Source: Macrostomum lignano (taxonomy: Eukaryota). Taken from it: a stretch of 64,000 nt of DNA. Positions 38,840 through 52,264 of the stretch are shown piece after piece (position 1 is the first letter of the stretch; every line of letters begins with the position of its first letter). The DNA lies in assembly GCA_002269645.1 (NCBI GenBank), contig NIVC01001652.1:120924-184923 (forward strand), in the 5' to 3' direction. The translations under genes were made by a program, and so were the position numbers. Below the pieces are notes generated by a model, which saw nothing but the letters and a program-made list of their open reading frames with translations, searched no databases and had not been told where the DNA came from.

Positions 38840-38988
38840 GTGGGAATAAACTGGTACTTCAATACAAACTGCACGAAGTCTTTGTTCTCCTCTTGAGCTT
38901 TGTAGAGCGCGTGGCAGTGAAGACAGAGGTAGCTGAGAGAGGACAGAATACTCAGCGTCACCTCCATGTCCGTGTGCGACTCGAGTTC
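38840..38988 (-). CDS. unc79: unc-79 exon ELESHTDMEVTLSILSSLSYLCLHCHALYKA..QFIPT
   Basis: ATTCAG acceptor, AC|GTGAGT donor, 149 nt, phase 0/2; missed by the ORF track. Confidence 0.93.
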
Positions 38989-39198
38989 CTGAATTTAGCA
39001 GTTCAGAAACCAGTGTCAGATACTTTTTGTTTTATAAAATTCGCACGGCCAATTTGGAACCCGATTCGTGACCGTAGTTAAACTTGATTAACGACCTTGG
39101 TTGACCTCGATTCCCTGACCTTAGTTAACCTCAATCTATGACGATAGCTGACCTCAATTCCCAACGACTATATATAAATTTGCAGCCAGGCAGCTCAC

Positions 39199-40194
39199 CT
39201 TGAGCAGAGCCCGAACCAGACGCAGGTGCACAGCCAGATGAGCATCGGCAAACGCGGGCTCCTGCTGGTCATCGGCCGAGCCCGATGGCTCATCGTCAGC
39301 CTTGGTTTCGTCCTCCTCCGGCAGGCAGTTCTCGTCCATAGGGAAGGCCTCCCAGCTAGGCGGGGCCGCCCCGCCGCTGCCGGCTCCCCGGCCGCTGCCG
39401 GCGGAAGTCGAAGCCGCCGACGTCGATGCGGCGGCGCCGCCGCTACCAGAAGCTCCGCCAGGCGCCGACGCCGATGTCAGCACTGTCACTGAGGCTTCAA
39501 CAGCTGTCTCGGCCGGCGCCTGCGACTGCGAAGTTTTCGACGAGCGTCGATCGTCCGACGTACCCGACGCCTGCGACGTCGGCGGCTGCTGTGGCGTCAC
39601 CTCGGGCAGGTCCTTCACGGGCAGCCGCTTGGGCTTGGCCGGAGCGATGAACTTCAGCACGCAGGCGGCATACTGGTGCCACTGGCGGCACTCGCGGCAG
39701 AACTGGCAGTCCACAGCGGCGGAGTCGTTCCGGCAGCTGTGCTTTCCGTCCCAGACTCCGCTCAGCATCAGTAGCAGCAGCCCCATCAACTGCTTGGAGG
39801 TCTCGTTATTGAGATCCCAGCCGCGCGACGGCGGGCACTCGAGCACGGTTGGCAAGTCGCGCTCGTCGACCAGGTGCTGAAGGCTGATTCGCAGCATCTC
39901 GATGAAGCACGGCAGAGCCCGGTAGCCGGCCGAGGAGGCCGAGGCGGTGGCGGCCCCGGGGAGTGGCGCTGAGGTCTGGCTGCTGGCGCTGCCGCCGGTC
40001 GCGCCGGCCGCCGCATCATCCGGCCGGGTGTTCACGTCGCGATCTTCGTCCAGCTCGGCGGCGGCCGCAACAGCGGCAGCGGCAGCGGCGCCAGGATTCA
40101 GTAGAGACTCGACTCCCTTGCGGAACATCGGCAACAGCTCCAAGATTTGGATCGGGACGCGAAGGTCCGTCAGGATGCGCAGCCAGGAGAGCAC
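39199..40194 (-). CDS. unc79: unc-79 large exon VLSWLRILTDL..VHLRLVRALLK
   Basis: TCTCAG acceptor, AAG|GTGAGC donor, 996 nt; includes CFIEML and the H-S-C..C..C motif. Confidence 0.95.
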
Positions 40195-40244
40195 CTGAGA
40201 GGCAGAGGCAGAGATGAAGAATGAAATTATGACTTTGCTGCGAT

Positions 40245-40730
40245 TTGGGATCAGGATGTACGATGGGATTTGGGATCAGGATGTCCGATGGAGATTCGGG
40301 ATCAGGATGTCCGATGGAGATTCGGGATCAGGATGTCCGATGGAGATTCGGGATCAGGATGTCCGATGGAGATTCGGGATCAGGATGTCCGATGGAGATT
40401 CGGAATCAGGATGTCCGATGGAGATTCGGGATCAGGATGTCCGATGGAGATTCGGGATCAGGATGTCCTAAGGGATTTGGGATCAGGATGTCCGAAGGGA
40501 TTCGGGATCAGGATGTCCGAAGGGATTTGGGATCAGGATGTCCGATAGAGATTCGGGATCAGGATGTCCGATAGAGATTCGGGATCAGGATGTCCGATGG
40601 GATTTGGGATCAGGATGTCCGATGGGATTCGGGATCAGGATGTCCGATGGGATTTGGGATCAGGATGTCCGATGGAGATTCGGGATCAGGATGTCCGATG
40701 GGATTTGGGATCAGGATGTCTAATTGGGAT
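40245..40730. repeat. 26-bp minisatellite GGGATCAGGATGTCCGATGGAGATTC
   Basis: Periodicity; fills the intron. Confidence 0.95.
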
Positions 40731-40770
40731 CGCAAACGGGGAATAGAGCACTAGCAGCTAAGATTCGCAC

Positions 40771-41056
40771 CTGATCTTGCACCGCCACGGTGGTCTGATC
40801 GAACCGCTCGGCCGCAAAGTTGAACAGCTTGGAGGCCATGCAGGGGAACGGGCCGCTGTGCAGGTCGTACAGCTTGCGCATCACCATGCTGAGGCGGGGC
40901 AGCTCTTCGGGCGGCACTTCGGTGCGAATGGCCTCGAGCCAGAACGGCATTGTGTAGTTCCACACATCGAAAGTGATGATGCAATCGTATTGAACCAGGC
41001 TGAGCAGCCGGCCGAGGCCCTCCTGGATGATGTCGGTGCGGCTGCTGCTTAGGTTC
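40771..41056 (-). CDS. unc79: unc-79 exon NLSSSRTDIIQEGLGRLL..WLEAIRTEV..VQDQ
   Basis: TTTCAG acceptor, CAG|GTGCGA donor, 286 nt, phase 2/0; homology. Confidence 0.96.
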
Positions 41057-41254
41057 CTGAAAGGTGGCGTGACGGCTTGATAGTAACAGACTTGACTCGT
41101 GAGCAGCTTTTTGAGACACTCGACAATCCAAAAGACTCGGGAGATACAGCTGCGTCTCAAAAGAAGCTCAAAATGGCTCGAAAAGTGCTTGTGGTAAGAT
41201 CAGATACGGCTTAAGTCAGCATACTTTAATCTGCCAGACTTTTACTTCCATCTG

Positions 41255-41498
41255 AGCTGCATGGAGGTGGGGTGGCTGCATGGAGGTGGGGTGGCTGCAT
41301 GGAGGTGGGGTGGCTGCATAGAGGTGGGGTGGCTGCATGGAGGTGGGGTGGCTGCATGGAGGTGGGGTGGCTGCATGGAGGTGGGGTGGCTGCATGGAGG
41401 TGGGGTGGCTGCATGGAGGTGGGGTGGCTGCATGGAGGTGGGGTGGCTGCATGGAGGTGGGGTGGCTGCATGGAGGTGGGGTGGCTGCATGGAGGTGA
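41255..41498. repeat. 19-bp repeat GCTGCATGGAGGTGGGGTG
   Basis: Near-perfect periodicity. Confidence 0.96.
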
Positions 41499-41566
41499 AT
41501 TGAGCGCATAGAAGTGGAGTGGGTTCTTACAGCAATAGGAAACAGTAATTACAGACCCAAACCCAC

Positions 41567-41670
41567 CAGTAGCCTCCAACTCTGGCATAATCTGGCGGAT
41601 GAGGCAGTAGTACCGACAGTACAATCTCCAGGTGCAGACGGTACACCTCATTGAGCCACTTGGTGACGTA
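41567..41670 (-). CDS. unc79: unc-79 exon YVTKWLNEVYRLHLEIVLSVLLPHPPDYARVGGYW
   Basis: TTTCAG acceptor, TG|GTGGGT donor, 104 nt; matches FVTKWL..LLPKPMEFARVGGYW. Confidence 0.94.
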
Positions 41671-41819
41671 CTGAAAGAGGATAAAAATGACCTGCCTTGC
41701 TTGCGAAGAAAACTTTTTGTACGGAGTTTAAAAAATGGATTTTTGCGTTCGATTTAACTATAGCTAAAGTAGTTATTCTGCCGTTTACGGACACACATAT
41801 CTCACTTCAGGGAAACTCT

Positions 41820-42195
41820 AAGAAGGCACTGACACCTCACAGGAAGGCACTGATTCTCTAGAAGGGCACTGATACCCCAGGAAATTACTGATACCCCAGG
41901 AAGGCACTGATTCTCTAGGAAGGCACTGATACCCCAGGAAATTACTGATACCCCAGGAAGGCACTGATTCTCTAGGAAGGCACTGATACCCCAGGAAATT
42001 ACTGATACCCCAGGAAGGCACTGATTCTCTAGGAAGGCACTGATACCCCAGGAAATTACTGATACCCCAGGAAGGCACTGATTCTCTAGAAGGGCACTGA
42101 TACCCCAAGAAAGTACTGATACCCTAGGAAGTCACTGATTCTATAGGAAGTCACTATGACACCCTAGGAAGTCACTGTGGCACCCTAGGAAGTCA
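41820..42195. repeat. 19-bp repeat with a 57-bp higher-order trimer
   Basis: GGAAGGCACTGATTCTCTA / ..GATACCCCA / GGAAATTACTG.. cycle. Confidence 0.92.
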
Positions 42196-42230
42196 CTGCG
42201 ACACGCAAGGACAGTCAAATGAAGACCCAC

Positions 42231-42268
42231 CTCGCTCTTGATGCTCTCAAGCGTGTCCTGCAGCCGGT
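42231..42268 (-). CDS. unc79: unc-79 38-nt microexon (D)RLQDTLESIKSE
   Basis: TTTTTCAG acceptor, GAG|GTGGGT donor; phase 1/0 bridges the neighbouring exons exactly. Confidence 0.85.
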
Positions 42269-43059
42269 CTGAAAAACGTTTAAAAAGGATAAGTGTTAGG
42301 GCGTACTGATGTCGCAGCTCGGTAAACTTGTAAGAAATTGCTGAAGCACAGTTCTGTGGCAATGTTGCGCACAATTAAGTAGCAAAGCTCGGCTTGAACT
42401 GGTCTATGAAAACTGCGAACAAGTTGGTAACTAGAGATCTGTTGCTGCAAAAATATTTTAGCTTACATGTATGATACATTAATTATTAACGTTAGGCCAG
42501 AAGCTGACAAAATAGTCTGAACGCGCACAATAGCCTGATGATGACAGTAAGCGGTGTGTATGCAGCTTCGCGATATGCTGATTAAAAAGCAATTGGGGTT
42601 ATTTGCTTGCATGTGAAGCCAGTGGGAAAGAACACGGATCGGGATTAAACAAACTCTCAGCCGGCAGCATCTCGCAGTCATACGGTTGCAACTTTGCGTC
42701 AAATAATATCGGTATTCAAATTTAAAAAACTGATTTTTCTACCTCAGCAATGTCAGTAGTTGCTCTGGTGTAAACCGTATACAAAAATATCGCATACAGA
42801 GTACAAAAAACAAACGTATTAGTTGCATAATATGATTTTTTAATTCACTAGTACAAAGCAAACACATTTAGGCGACTCTTGTAGTTAACTGGCAGCGGCG
42901 CGGCCCATCTCTTGGTGCACAGCAACTATATTATTGACTTATTGGCGCTTGTCAATTCTTGCTGCAAGGTTTGTACAAAGCGGATCAGGGGGACTTGCCT
43001 CTGCTGCCGATGCGCGACCACAGGTTAAGAAAGCTTACAATCTGCTCTGCAATCTGAGT

Positions 43060-43710
43060 GACTTAGCTCTGCAATCTGAGTGACTCTGCTCTGCAATCTG
43101 AGTGACTCTGCTCTGCAATCTGAGTGACTCTGCTCTGCAATCTGAGTGACTCTGCTCTACAATCTGAGTGACTCTGCTCTACAATCTGAGTGACTCTGCT
43201 CTACAATCTGAGTGACTTAGCTCTGCAATCTAAGTGATTGCAGAAGCAGAATCTGAGTGACTCTGCTCTGCAATCTGAGTGACTCTGCTCTACAATCTGA
43301 GTGACTCTGCTCTACAATCTGAGTGACTTAGCTCTGCAATCTAAGTGATTGCAGAAGCAGAATCTGAGTGACTCTGCTCTGCAATCTGAGTGACTCTGCT
43401 CTACAATCTGAGTGACTCTGCTCTGCAATCTGAGTGACTCTGCTCTACAATCTGAGTGACTCTGCTCTACAACCTGAGTGACTTAGCTCTGCAATCTAAG
43501 TGATTGCAGAAGCAGAATCTGAGTGACTCTGCTCTGCAATCTGAGTGACTCTGCTCTACAATCTGAGTGACTCTGCTCTACAATCTGAGTGACTCTGCTC
43601 TACAATCTGAGTGACTCTGCTCTGCAATCTGAGTGACTCTGCTCTGCAATCTGAGTGACTCTGCTCTGCAATCTGAGTGACTCTGCTCTGCAATCTGAGT
43701 GACTCTGTCT
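43060..43710. repeat. 22-bp minisatellite GACTCTGCTCTGCAATCTGAGT with three hairpin-containing variant units
   Basis: Periodicity; variant has CTGCAATC-TAAGT-GATTGCAG. Confidence 0.95.
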
Positions 43711-44514
43711 TGCAGTCTGTGAATCTGCTTTAGATTCTGTATGTCTGATTTAACAAAGTGTGTGTGTTAAAATCTGTGTGAAGTCTACAATTTTTGTAAC
43801 TATAAACGCGATAATACGCAACTACTTGACAGCACAATTGAAATAACAAGTCAGATGTGACTGACAGTTAAGCTTTGCTCTACTGCCCATTATTAAAAAC
43901 ATCTGTTGTGACTTGTTAAACTTTTACAAAAGCAATTCTCCACTTCAAATGGGTCTAGTAAAACGGTGCGATTTGCACATCAGGTGAGTGACAAATGAAG
44001 GAAAAAAGATAGGTGGCTCCAGATAAGCCAGAAAAGATTGTACAGATGAGTCGGAAGAGAAACAGAGCGTGGCTGCAGAGACACAAAGAAGCATAGTGCT
44101 CAGAAGAATAATTCCAGAAAGCTGTGAAATTTTGAAAACTATAAAAGCACACAAAATAGGGGCACGCTGAACAAAACGCAACGTAACAGAAAGGCGAACT
44201 TTCTTCGATTAGAGGGGAAATGGGACGGAAAGGCAAATCAGAAAATATAGGGAACAAACTTGTGCCGGATGTCGACACGCCGGCAAAGCAAACTTTAACA
44301 ATGCCTTCGCGCATCCAGCTGCCCCGAAGCAGGCTGTGCACTGGAACAGAAAAAACAAACGAGCAGAACAGGAGGGGGCAAGGAGGTTAAACCGTGTTTG
44401 CTGGGCTAAATGTTATAAATGACCAAGCAATATCTCTACTTTGTACAGCATTCTGCCTTTGATTTAGCCCATTTTTAGCTGTAATTCCAATTCGTTTAGA
44501 CCATAGACTACCGG

Positions 44515-45100
44515 TATGCCATCCAGCCTGACATAGACTATGCCATCCAGCCTGACATAGACTATGCCATCCAGCCTGACATGGACTATGCCATCCAGCC
44601 TGACATGGACTATGCCATCCAGCCTGACATAGACTATGCCATCCAGCCTGATATGGACTATGCCATCCAGCCTGACATAGACTATGCCATCCAGCTTGAT
44701 ATGGACTATGCCATCCAGCCTGACATGGACTATGCATCCAGCTTGACATGGACTATGCATCCAGCTTGACATGGACTATGCATCCAGCTTGACATGGACT
44801 ATGCATCCAGCTTGACATGGACTATGCATCCAGCTTGACATGGACTATGCATCCAGCTTGACATGGACTATGCATCCAGCTTGACATGGACTATGCATCC
44901 AGCTTGACATGGACTATGCATCCAGCTTGACATGGACTATGCATCCAGCTTGACATGGACTATGCATCCAGCTTGACATGGACTATGCATCCAGCTTGAC
45001 ATGGACTATGCATCCAGCTTGACATGGACTATGCATCCAGCTTGACATGGACTATGCATCCAGCTTGACATGGACTATGCCATCCAGCCTGATATAGACT
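44515..45100. repeat. 24-bp array switching to a 23-bp variant (GC(C)ATCCAGCYTGACATRGACTAT)
   Basis: Periodicity; switch near 44730. Confidence 0.95.
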
Positions 45101-48100
45101 GCCATCTAATTTTTCACTTAATCACGAGTATTCTTCGCAAACTTTGACCCTTCCTGCGCCTCCTGCATGCGCATTCCGGTCTCCTGTAGTAAAAAGCCAT
45201 GCGCCATTGAATACAGACATTTGATTATAATCAGAATATTCAAATACCAACCGAACATGCGATTTTATACACTGCACGCTCATACGAGATCAAAGATTGC
45301 GTTTCCAAAAAGAAGTTATAATCTCGAAACCCTGCGTGCACTTGTCAGTCAAATAGGTATGCAAGCTGATCAAACCCGAGACAAGATGCATGTTCAAGCG
45401 CTTTCATTAACCTATCAACATCATTATCAGCAATAAAGTTAAACATTTCAAGCAGGTTGGCACACAAGTTAAAACAAGTTCTATTAATTGACTTAGATTG
45501 GGCTTTTATAAAACACGAGTATCAATCAGGCGAACGGAGACCCAACTAACCGAGCACTTTGTGACTTTGTGAGCATCGTTGAGCGACTGAAAGCTGACAA
45601 AAAAACTACCCCGACCGTTCTCTGTGGAAAGCACCAAAGTCGAACAAGTCAAGCGTCAAAAAGTGAGGTGAAGGTGAGGTTTTTATTTACAAATAGTCTC
45701 TAAGTTAATGAAATAGAAATCAATTGTGAATTTTGATTAAAACTATGACCGCGAGAGTGCGGAAGCTACAAAGCTAAAAAAGAACTTGAGAAGGATAAAA
45801 CGGCAAGAAGTGACTCAGTGAGAAACAAGAGACCGGGAAACTGAGATATAAAGATGAAGACTTGAGAAAAAGACGTAGATATGACACAGGAAGAGAATAA
45901 CTTCAGTCAGTAGAGAACAATTCCTAAACATAGAACAGCAGCCTGGAAGCCCTGGATTTTATTCGAACTGCAAACACACAAATGCAAAGGCTGGAATGAA
46001 AGCGTTGTTTAGTGCCAGCAGGCGCAGCCATACAGTAGTGAGAAAAATGCAGCAAGAAAGAAGGTCACAAAGCTGTTAAGAAAATGGCGGCGGCACACAG
46101 CAACAAACAATTGGCGGCAAAGTTGGTTCATTTGGGAGCAGTTTCAGTCTGAGAGCCAACATGATGACATTTTTTGCTTTAAAAGAGAAACAGGCAGCAA
46201 TTTCCAAAAGCGCGTCTTCAACTTGTGCTGCTTCATCTCTGCTCTCTGGCGCTTACCAGTTGCCTTCTTCGGAGAAGGCTGGGGTGGCGGGTCGAAGTCT
46301 AAAGACGCGCCAGAAATAATTGGCACTACGCCTGCGAAATGTGCGGAGGGAGAATGTCGGCGGGGATAGAGTGTGCAAAACTTGTGTGCGGGGGGGAAAC
46401 GCAATTATGATCGATAGCGGTGCGTTCGGAATGGAATCAATACTGACAACATTTTTGACAGGAAGGAAGCTAAAACTGTAAAATTATTTCCACATTGGTT
46501 AAAGTTCGTAATAAACAGTTAAAAACAATATGTTGCACACAATTACAAGTCGCAATGCGATCACCGATCGATCGCACAATATATTTTCTTCTTGCAAAAC
46601 TCTGACATCCATGATTCCATGTGAAAGGCTGGGTGAGAGCTTAGAAGAAAAGCTAATGCACATAAGGAGCAGAGTTTCGACTTCAGTGGAGTCATTATCA
46701 TGTACACCAGTATAGGAAAGAACTGAGAGGTTGGGGCGTTCAGAAAATCAATAACACAGCCTGCCTCACAAGCTTTACGCTCGTACACCATGCTAGTAAG
46801 AGTTTGGGCCTAAAAGAGATAGGATTCAGTGGGCGGGTAGGGTCAAGGGCAGAAAATCGATAAACTTCACCCACCATACACGCTATGAACAGGAGAGCCA
46901 ATGCGCTAATAGACTTTAAAGACTTGGGCTACTAGAGAAAGGATTGAGGGAGAGGGGTGGGGTTGAGGGCAGAAAATCGATAAAATTCGATTCCAATTCA
47001 CTAGTAATCAGAGATAGGAAACCAGAAAAATCGATAACTTTCACCCAGGCCACTAGAACTGGCACTGACACGGATCATTTAATGATTAGGAAGAGGGCTT
47101 CACTGGGGGTTTGAGGAGCCGATAAGCGATACAATCAATTTAGCCCTCTCTCTCATTTCAACCGCTCACGCTCACGTCTCACCGCTCAGACGTTAGCGAG
47201 GGAATATTTTATGCTTCTTACGATTGTGTGCAATCATTAACCGGTATTTTTCGGTTTGTCCATCAAAACAAACTGTGACTTTGCGTAAGAGATTTTTATA
47301 TGGTTTTAGCTTCCATCAGGCGAGAGATTACACTTTAAAGCGATTTTCATAAATAATTCGTGGGATATTTCACCAATTTTACTAAAGGGTTTGCATAACG
47401 AGTGGCCGTTCTGTTCAGGTTAAGACGAGTTACTCACATTAGCTCACAAGTGAAACAAGTGAAAAATTAGACAGTCATGTATACATACAAGTTTAACTAA
47501 CACAGCAGTAATATAGTGGCTAATCACAATAATTAGGCGTATTCGACCCCGGGACACGAGTGACACAAAGTAGCCAGCGTTGCATGAATGGCACACGTAA
47601 TAAAATTTATTATGGCCCAGGGATGATGATCGACACAAAAGAATTTAGCATGCGAAAAATGTCTTCACGATAACGCAGTTATAAATACGAGCGATTGTAC
47701 ATAAGATCGAAATCGCTATTTGGTTAGTGCTTTGTTCTGAAATTAGCCACGAGAACTGCTGACAATGCCGGCAGAAAAATAGTCATTGATAAAGCATGCT
47801 CCTGTTTGCTTGGCACAGGCCTACTGATGGATGTGTTTTAAATTGCTGCACAAACTCTACAATAAGCTTCCACACACAAGAGCATGTCATTCGGACAAAT
47901 TCCTGAAAAAAATGCATGGGGAAAAACTGAAGTCCGAGTGGTAGATGATTGAAAAAGCTGTGCTGAGTAGGTTCATAACGCGGTGCCGTGGAGAGCTTAA
48001 GCTTCGTGTATAGACAGTTGTTGCTGGTATAGCCATTTATAGTAAAATAGTTAGAGCTATAGTAAATAACTTATCAAAGTTTTATTAAAATATCTAATAA

Positions 48101-48569
48101 ATTTAGATCAGGTTGTTAGCATTTAAGTTTGAAAAGTTATTCGGACTGATTAAAATTGATTGCCAGACCGGTTATTGGCTTCACAAGGAAAGTTTTATTA
48201 GTAGCTGTGAACCTATTAAACTTGGCATGCTTTGTTTCATTTAGTAAGTAGAACTAATTATCATTAAACTAATTTTCTGACCTTTGATATACCTATCTAG
48301 TACGCAAGTGGTAATTCATCACACAAAAAGAGCCAGAAGCAAAGCACGAATTATAATTTGATGATTATGCAAAATCTAGCTAATCTTAGAGAGATAGGTA
48401 AGAAAAATTGAAAAGGAGCAATGCGTACTTCTAATATGGATTGATTTGCCGGGGAATTGGCAATTTCTATGGGTCTTTTTAAGGGTTGTGAAAATTATAG
48501 TAGGGTTTGTTTGGGCGTACATTGAGGTGGGTTTAATGTGCACAATAGGGTGGGGCTGTTTGTATGCAC

Positions 48570-48700
48570 ATTGGGGTGGGGCTATGTTTGAGTGTACATT
48601 GGGGTAAGTAGTGTTTGGGTGTACATTGGGGTAAGTAATGTTTGAGTGTACATTGGGGTGAGTAATGTTTGGGTGTACATTGGGGTGGGTGGAGTTGTGT
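48570..48700. repeat. Short degenerate ~26-bp repeat GTGTACATTGGGGTAAGTAATGTTTG
   Basis: 4-5 copies. Confidence 0.75.
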
Positions 48701-49619
48701 TCAAGCATACACCGGGGTGGGATTCGGACTATAAGTGTGTGTACATTGTGTGCATAGTTTTTTTCGTGGGTTTTTGTTCATTGGATGTGGAAGTTTACAG
48801 AAAATTCTCAATAAATAGAGGTATAAATAGAGAAAGACTGGGTATTTAACGAGAGGCAGAGAGAGAGAAAGAGGGAGAGATAGAGAGAGCTAGATAGAAA
48901 CAGAAGCCTACAGTACAAACAGCACCAGTTACAGAAGCGGTTATCTTGTTTGTATTGACAGTACTATTTTAGTGACTAAAGCAGTGGCGATTGGACACGT
49001 ATGGATATTACTAGGCATTTGATTAAAAAAAGCACATACACTTGTCTGACTGTGGATTACACACAAATATCGTATATTAAATATATATCCAATATACCAG
49101 TTGGCCAAAATGAGTGGACAAAATTTAATAGGCAAAACACAATTTATTATAATTAATATGATTGCAGAGACGTGAAAAATAAATAACGTAACGGATTTTT
49201 TAAAACAATATTGGCGAATCGGCATAATAAATATGAGTATAAACAAAATGGCTATGCGATTTGCATAACACGCTGTGCGGGTTTAAATTACATTTTTCTT
49301 GCAACGATAAGGCAGATTTTGTATTGCCGGTCACTGGAAGCGAGGGCGTTGAGGAAATTAGCAGAAATTAGCTACTTTAGACCAATATGAAGCGAATAAT
49401 TATTGGGATTTAATTCGCGCATTGTTACTAATTAATTTATTTTAAAGCATTGCTTTGCTACTCAGGTCAAAAATAGCATTGGCAATTCAGCCTCCTACAT
49501 AACGAACAATTCTTGTTCATAAAAACTAGTGAGCCCTATATGAGATATATAACTGAATTTATGCAAAACGCACAGCGATGTTCACGAATTAATAATTCAA
49601 TAACCAAAGAAGGGACACA

Positions 49620-50772
49620 ACCACAAGAAATACAATGCACACCACTGATTTGCCAGGGCATTGGGTGTGACAGTAGATAAGAGAGAAATGAAATAAGAGG
49701 GGTGGGGCCGCGAGGACACAATGTACACCGCTGATTTGCCAGGGCATTGGGTGTGACCCTAGATAGGAGAGAAATGAAATAAGAGGGGTGGGGCCGCGAG
49801 GACACAATGTACACCCTGATTTGCCAGGGCATTGGGTGTGACCCTAGATAGGAGAGAAATGAAATAAGAGGGGTGGGGCCGCGAGGACACAATGTACACC
49901 CTGATTTGCCAGGGCATTGGGTGTGACCGTAGATAAGAGAGAAATGAAATAAGAGGGGTGGGGCCGCGAGGACACAATGCACACCACTGATTTGCCAGGG
50001 CATTGGGTGTGACAGTAGATAAGAGAGAAATGAAATAAGAGGGGTGGGGCCGCGAGGACACAATGTACACCGCTGATTTGCCAGGGCATTGGGTGTGACC
50101 CTAGATAGGAGAGAAATGAAATAAGAGGGGTGGGGCCGCGAGGACACAATGTACACCGCTGATTTGCCAGGGCATTGGGTGTGACCCTAGATAGGAGAGA
50201 AATGAAATAAGAGGGGTGGGGCCGCGAGGACACAATGTACACCGCTGATTTGCCAGGGCATTGGGTGTGACCGTAGATAAGAGAGAAATGAAATAAGAGG
50301 GGTGGGGCCGCGAGGACACAATGTACACCCTGATTTGCCAGGGCATTGGGTGTGACCCTAGATAGGAGAGAAATGAAATAAGAGGGGTGGGGCCGCGAGG
50401 ACACAATGTACACCGCTGATTTGCCAGGGCATTGGGTGTGACCCTAGATAGGAGAGAAATGAAATAAGAGGGGTGGGGCCGCGAGGACACAATGTACACC
50501 GCTGATTTGCCAGGGCATTGGGTGTGACCCTAGATAGGAGAGAAATGAAATAAGAGGGGTGGGGCCGCGAGGACACAATGTACACCGCTGATTTGCCAGG
50601 GCATTGGGTGTGACCGTAGATAAGAGAGAAATGAAATAAGAGGGGTGGGGCCGCGAGGACACAATGTACACCCTGATTTGCCAGGGCATTGGGTGTGACC
50701 GTAGATAAGAGAGAAATGAAATAAGAGGGGTGGGGCCGCGAGGACACAATGTACACCCTGATTTGCCAGGGT
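49620..50772. repeat. 85/86-bp tandem repeat, about 13 copies
   Basis: GATTTGCCAGGGCATTGGGTGTGAC..GGGCCGCGAGGACACAATGTACAC unit. Confidence 0.96.
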
Positions 50773-51544
50773 GTTACCACAAGATAAGAAGAGAAAGGAA
50801 TGAAAATTATACTATATCGTATAATTTTATATAGTATAAAATTACACTATATCGACAGATAAGTCCGATAGTTTCTATTGAACATCACGTGACGCTTTGT
50901 AAGTAATTCACAAATCGTGTATCAAAGCAATATAACTATTACTACAAAGTCAAGCAAAAGATTTTATCTAGGATTGCAATACATACGTAGGTTACAGTGA
51001 TATAAAAGGTTTATTTTTATGTGTAATTCTTGATCAACCAGTGCTACAATTGCTTAGTATAACACTTTGGCTTTGGGTAGCACAAGGAACTCCTACTAAT
51101 TCTAATTAATAAGCAGTGTAGGAAAAAGCTACCAATTTTCAGGGACGTAAATGTTTTTCAATGAAGCATTCGTTAAAACTATTTTTTACTTACTGTATGC
51201 TAAATATGAATAATTGAAGGATAATTACTGTACATATTATGCAGGGGTGAATGCTATGTTTAGAGGAAAAATGAAACCAAAAATCCCAAATGGATCTTGA
51301 CTTGATCATCACAGGGTTTAATCTACAAACAAAATAAACTTTAATCACTGGCTGAATACCATGGGAAGCTGCATTAGTACTAATCAGCGAAGAACTTAAA
51401 GTATGCGGTACAACGAAACATTCATAACAAAATCTGCCTTAAGTAGCTCGTAACGCACTTTTTCATTTCGAGCAGCTGTTATTAGACCTACTTCATTTCC
51501 TGATATTAATAAGAAACACAAAGTTGAATTGATTGATGCAAGCG

Positions 51545-51945
51545 GGTTCTGATTGGGGCAGGGATTCTGATTGGGGCAGGGGTTCTGATTGGAGCAAGGG
51601 TTCTGATTGGAGCAGGGGTTCTGATTGGAGCAAGGGTTCTGATTGGAGCAGGGGTTCTGATTGGAACAGGGGTTCTGATTGGAGCAGGGGTTCTGATTGG
51701 AGCAGGGGTTCTGATTGGGTAAGGGGTTCTGATTGGGGAAGGGGTTCTGATTGGGGAAGGGGTTCTGATTGGGGCAGGGGTTCTGATTGGGGCAGGGTTC
51801 TGATTGGGGAAGGGGTTCTGATTGGGGCAGGGGTTCTGATTGGGGAAGGGGTTCTGATTGGAGCAAGGGTTCTGATTGGAGCAGGGGTTCTGATTGGAGC
51901 AGGGGTTCTGATTGGGGCAGGGGTTCTGATTGGGGAAGGGGTTTT
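51545..51945. repeat. 18-bp repeat GGGGTTCTGATTGGAGCA
   Basis: Periodicity; each unit contains a reverse CCAAT (ATTGG). Confidence 0.95.
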
Positions 51946-52176
51946 GATAGGCAGGTAAGAAATTTCAATTAAGAAAAGCGATGGAGGAAAAGACACAGAT
52001 GATAGTTTAACACACTAAAATTAAATGAAATCAAGCGCAAATTCTAGATTCAATTTGCACTTTCAGCCACAGTTGATAAACGTATTGGGAAAACTAGGAT
52101 TCATAAGAACAGCGCACCCTGCCTTCTGAGTCTTACTCAGGCGGGGATTGACCCTACTAGGAAACGGTGACCTCAC

Positions 52177-52249
52177 CTTTGGAGTCCTCCGCTAGTTTGG
52201 TGTTGTCGAACCACAGGAACAGGGCGGCCAGGATGCGGCCCAGGATCTC
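52177..52249 (-). CDS. unc79: unc-79 exon EILGRILAALFLWFDNTKLAEDSK
   Basis: CTGCAG acceptor, AAAG|GTGAGG donor, 73 nt, phase 0/1. Confidence 0.92.
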
Positions 52250-52264
52250 CTGCAGAACAGGTGA

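Noticed and set aside
4695-52176. Nested protein-coding gene inside the large unc-79 introns
   Set aside because: No multi-exon chain or homology found on either strand; only isolated candidate exons, listed as findings
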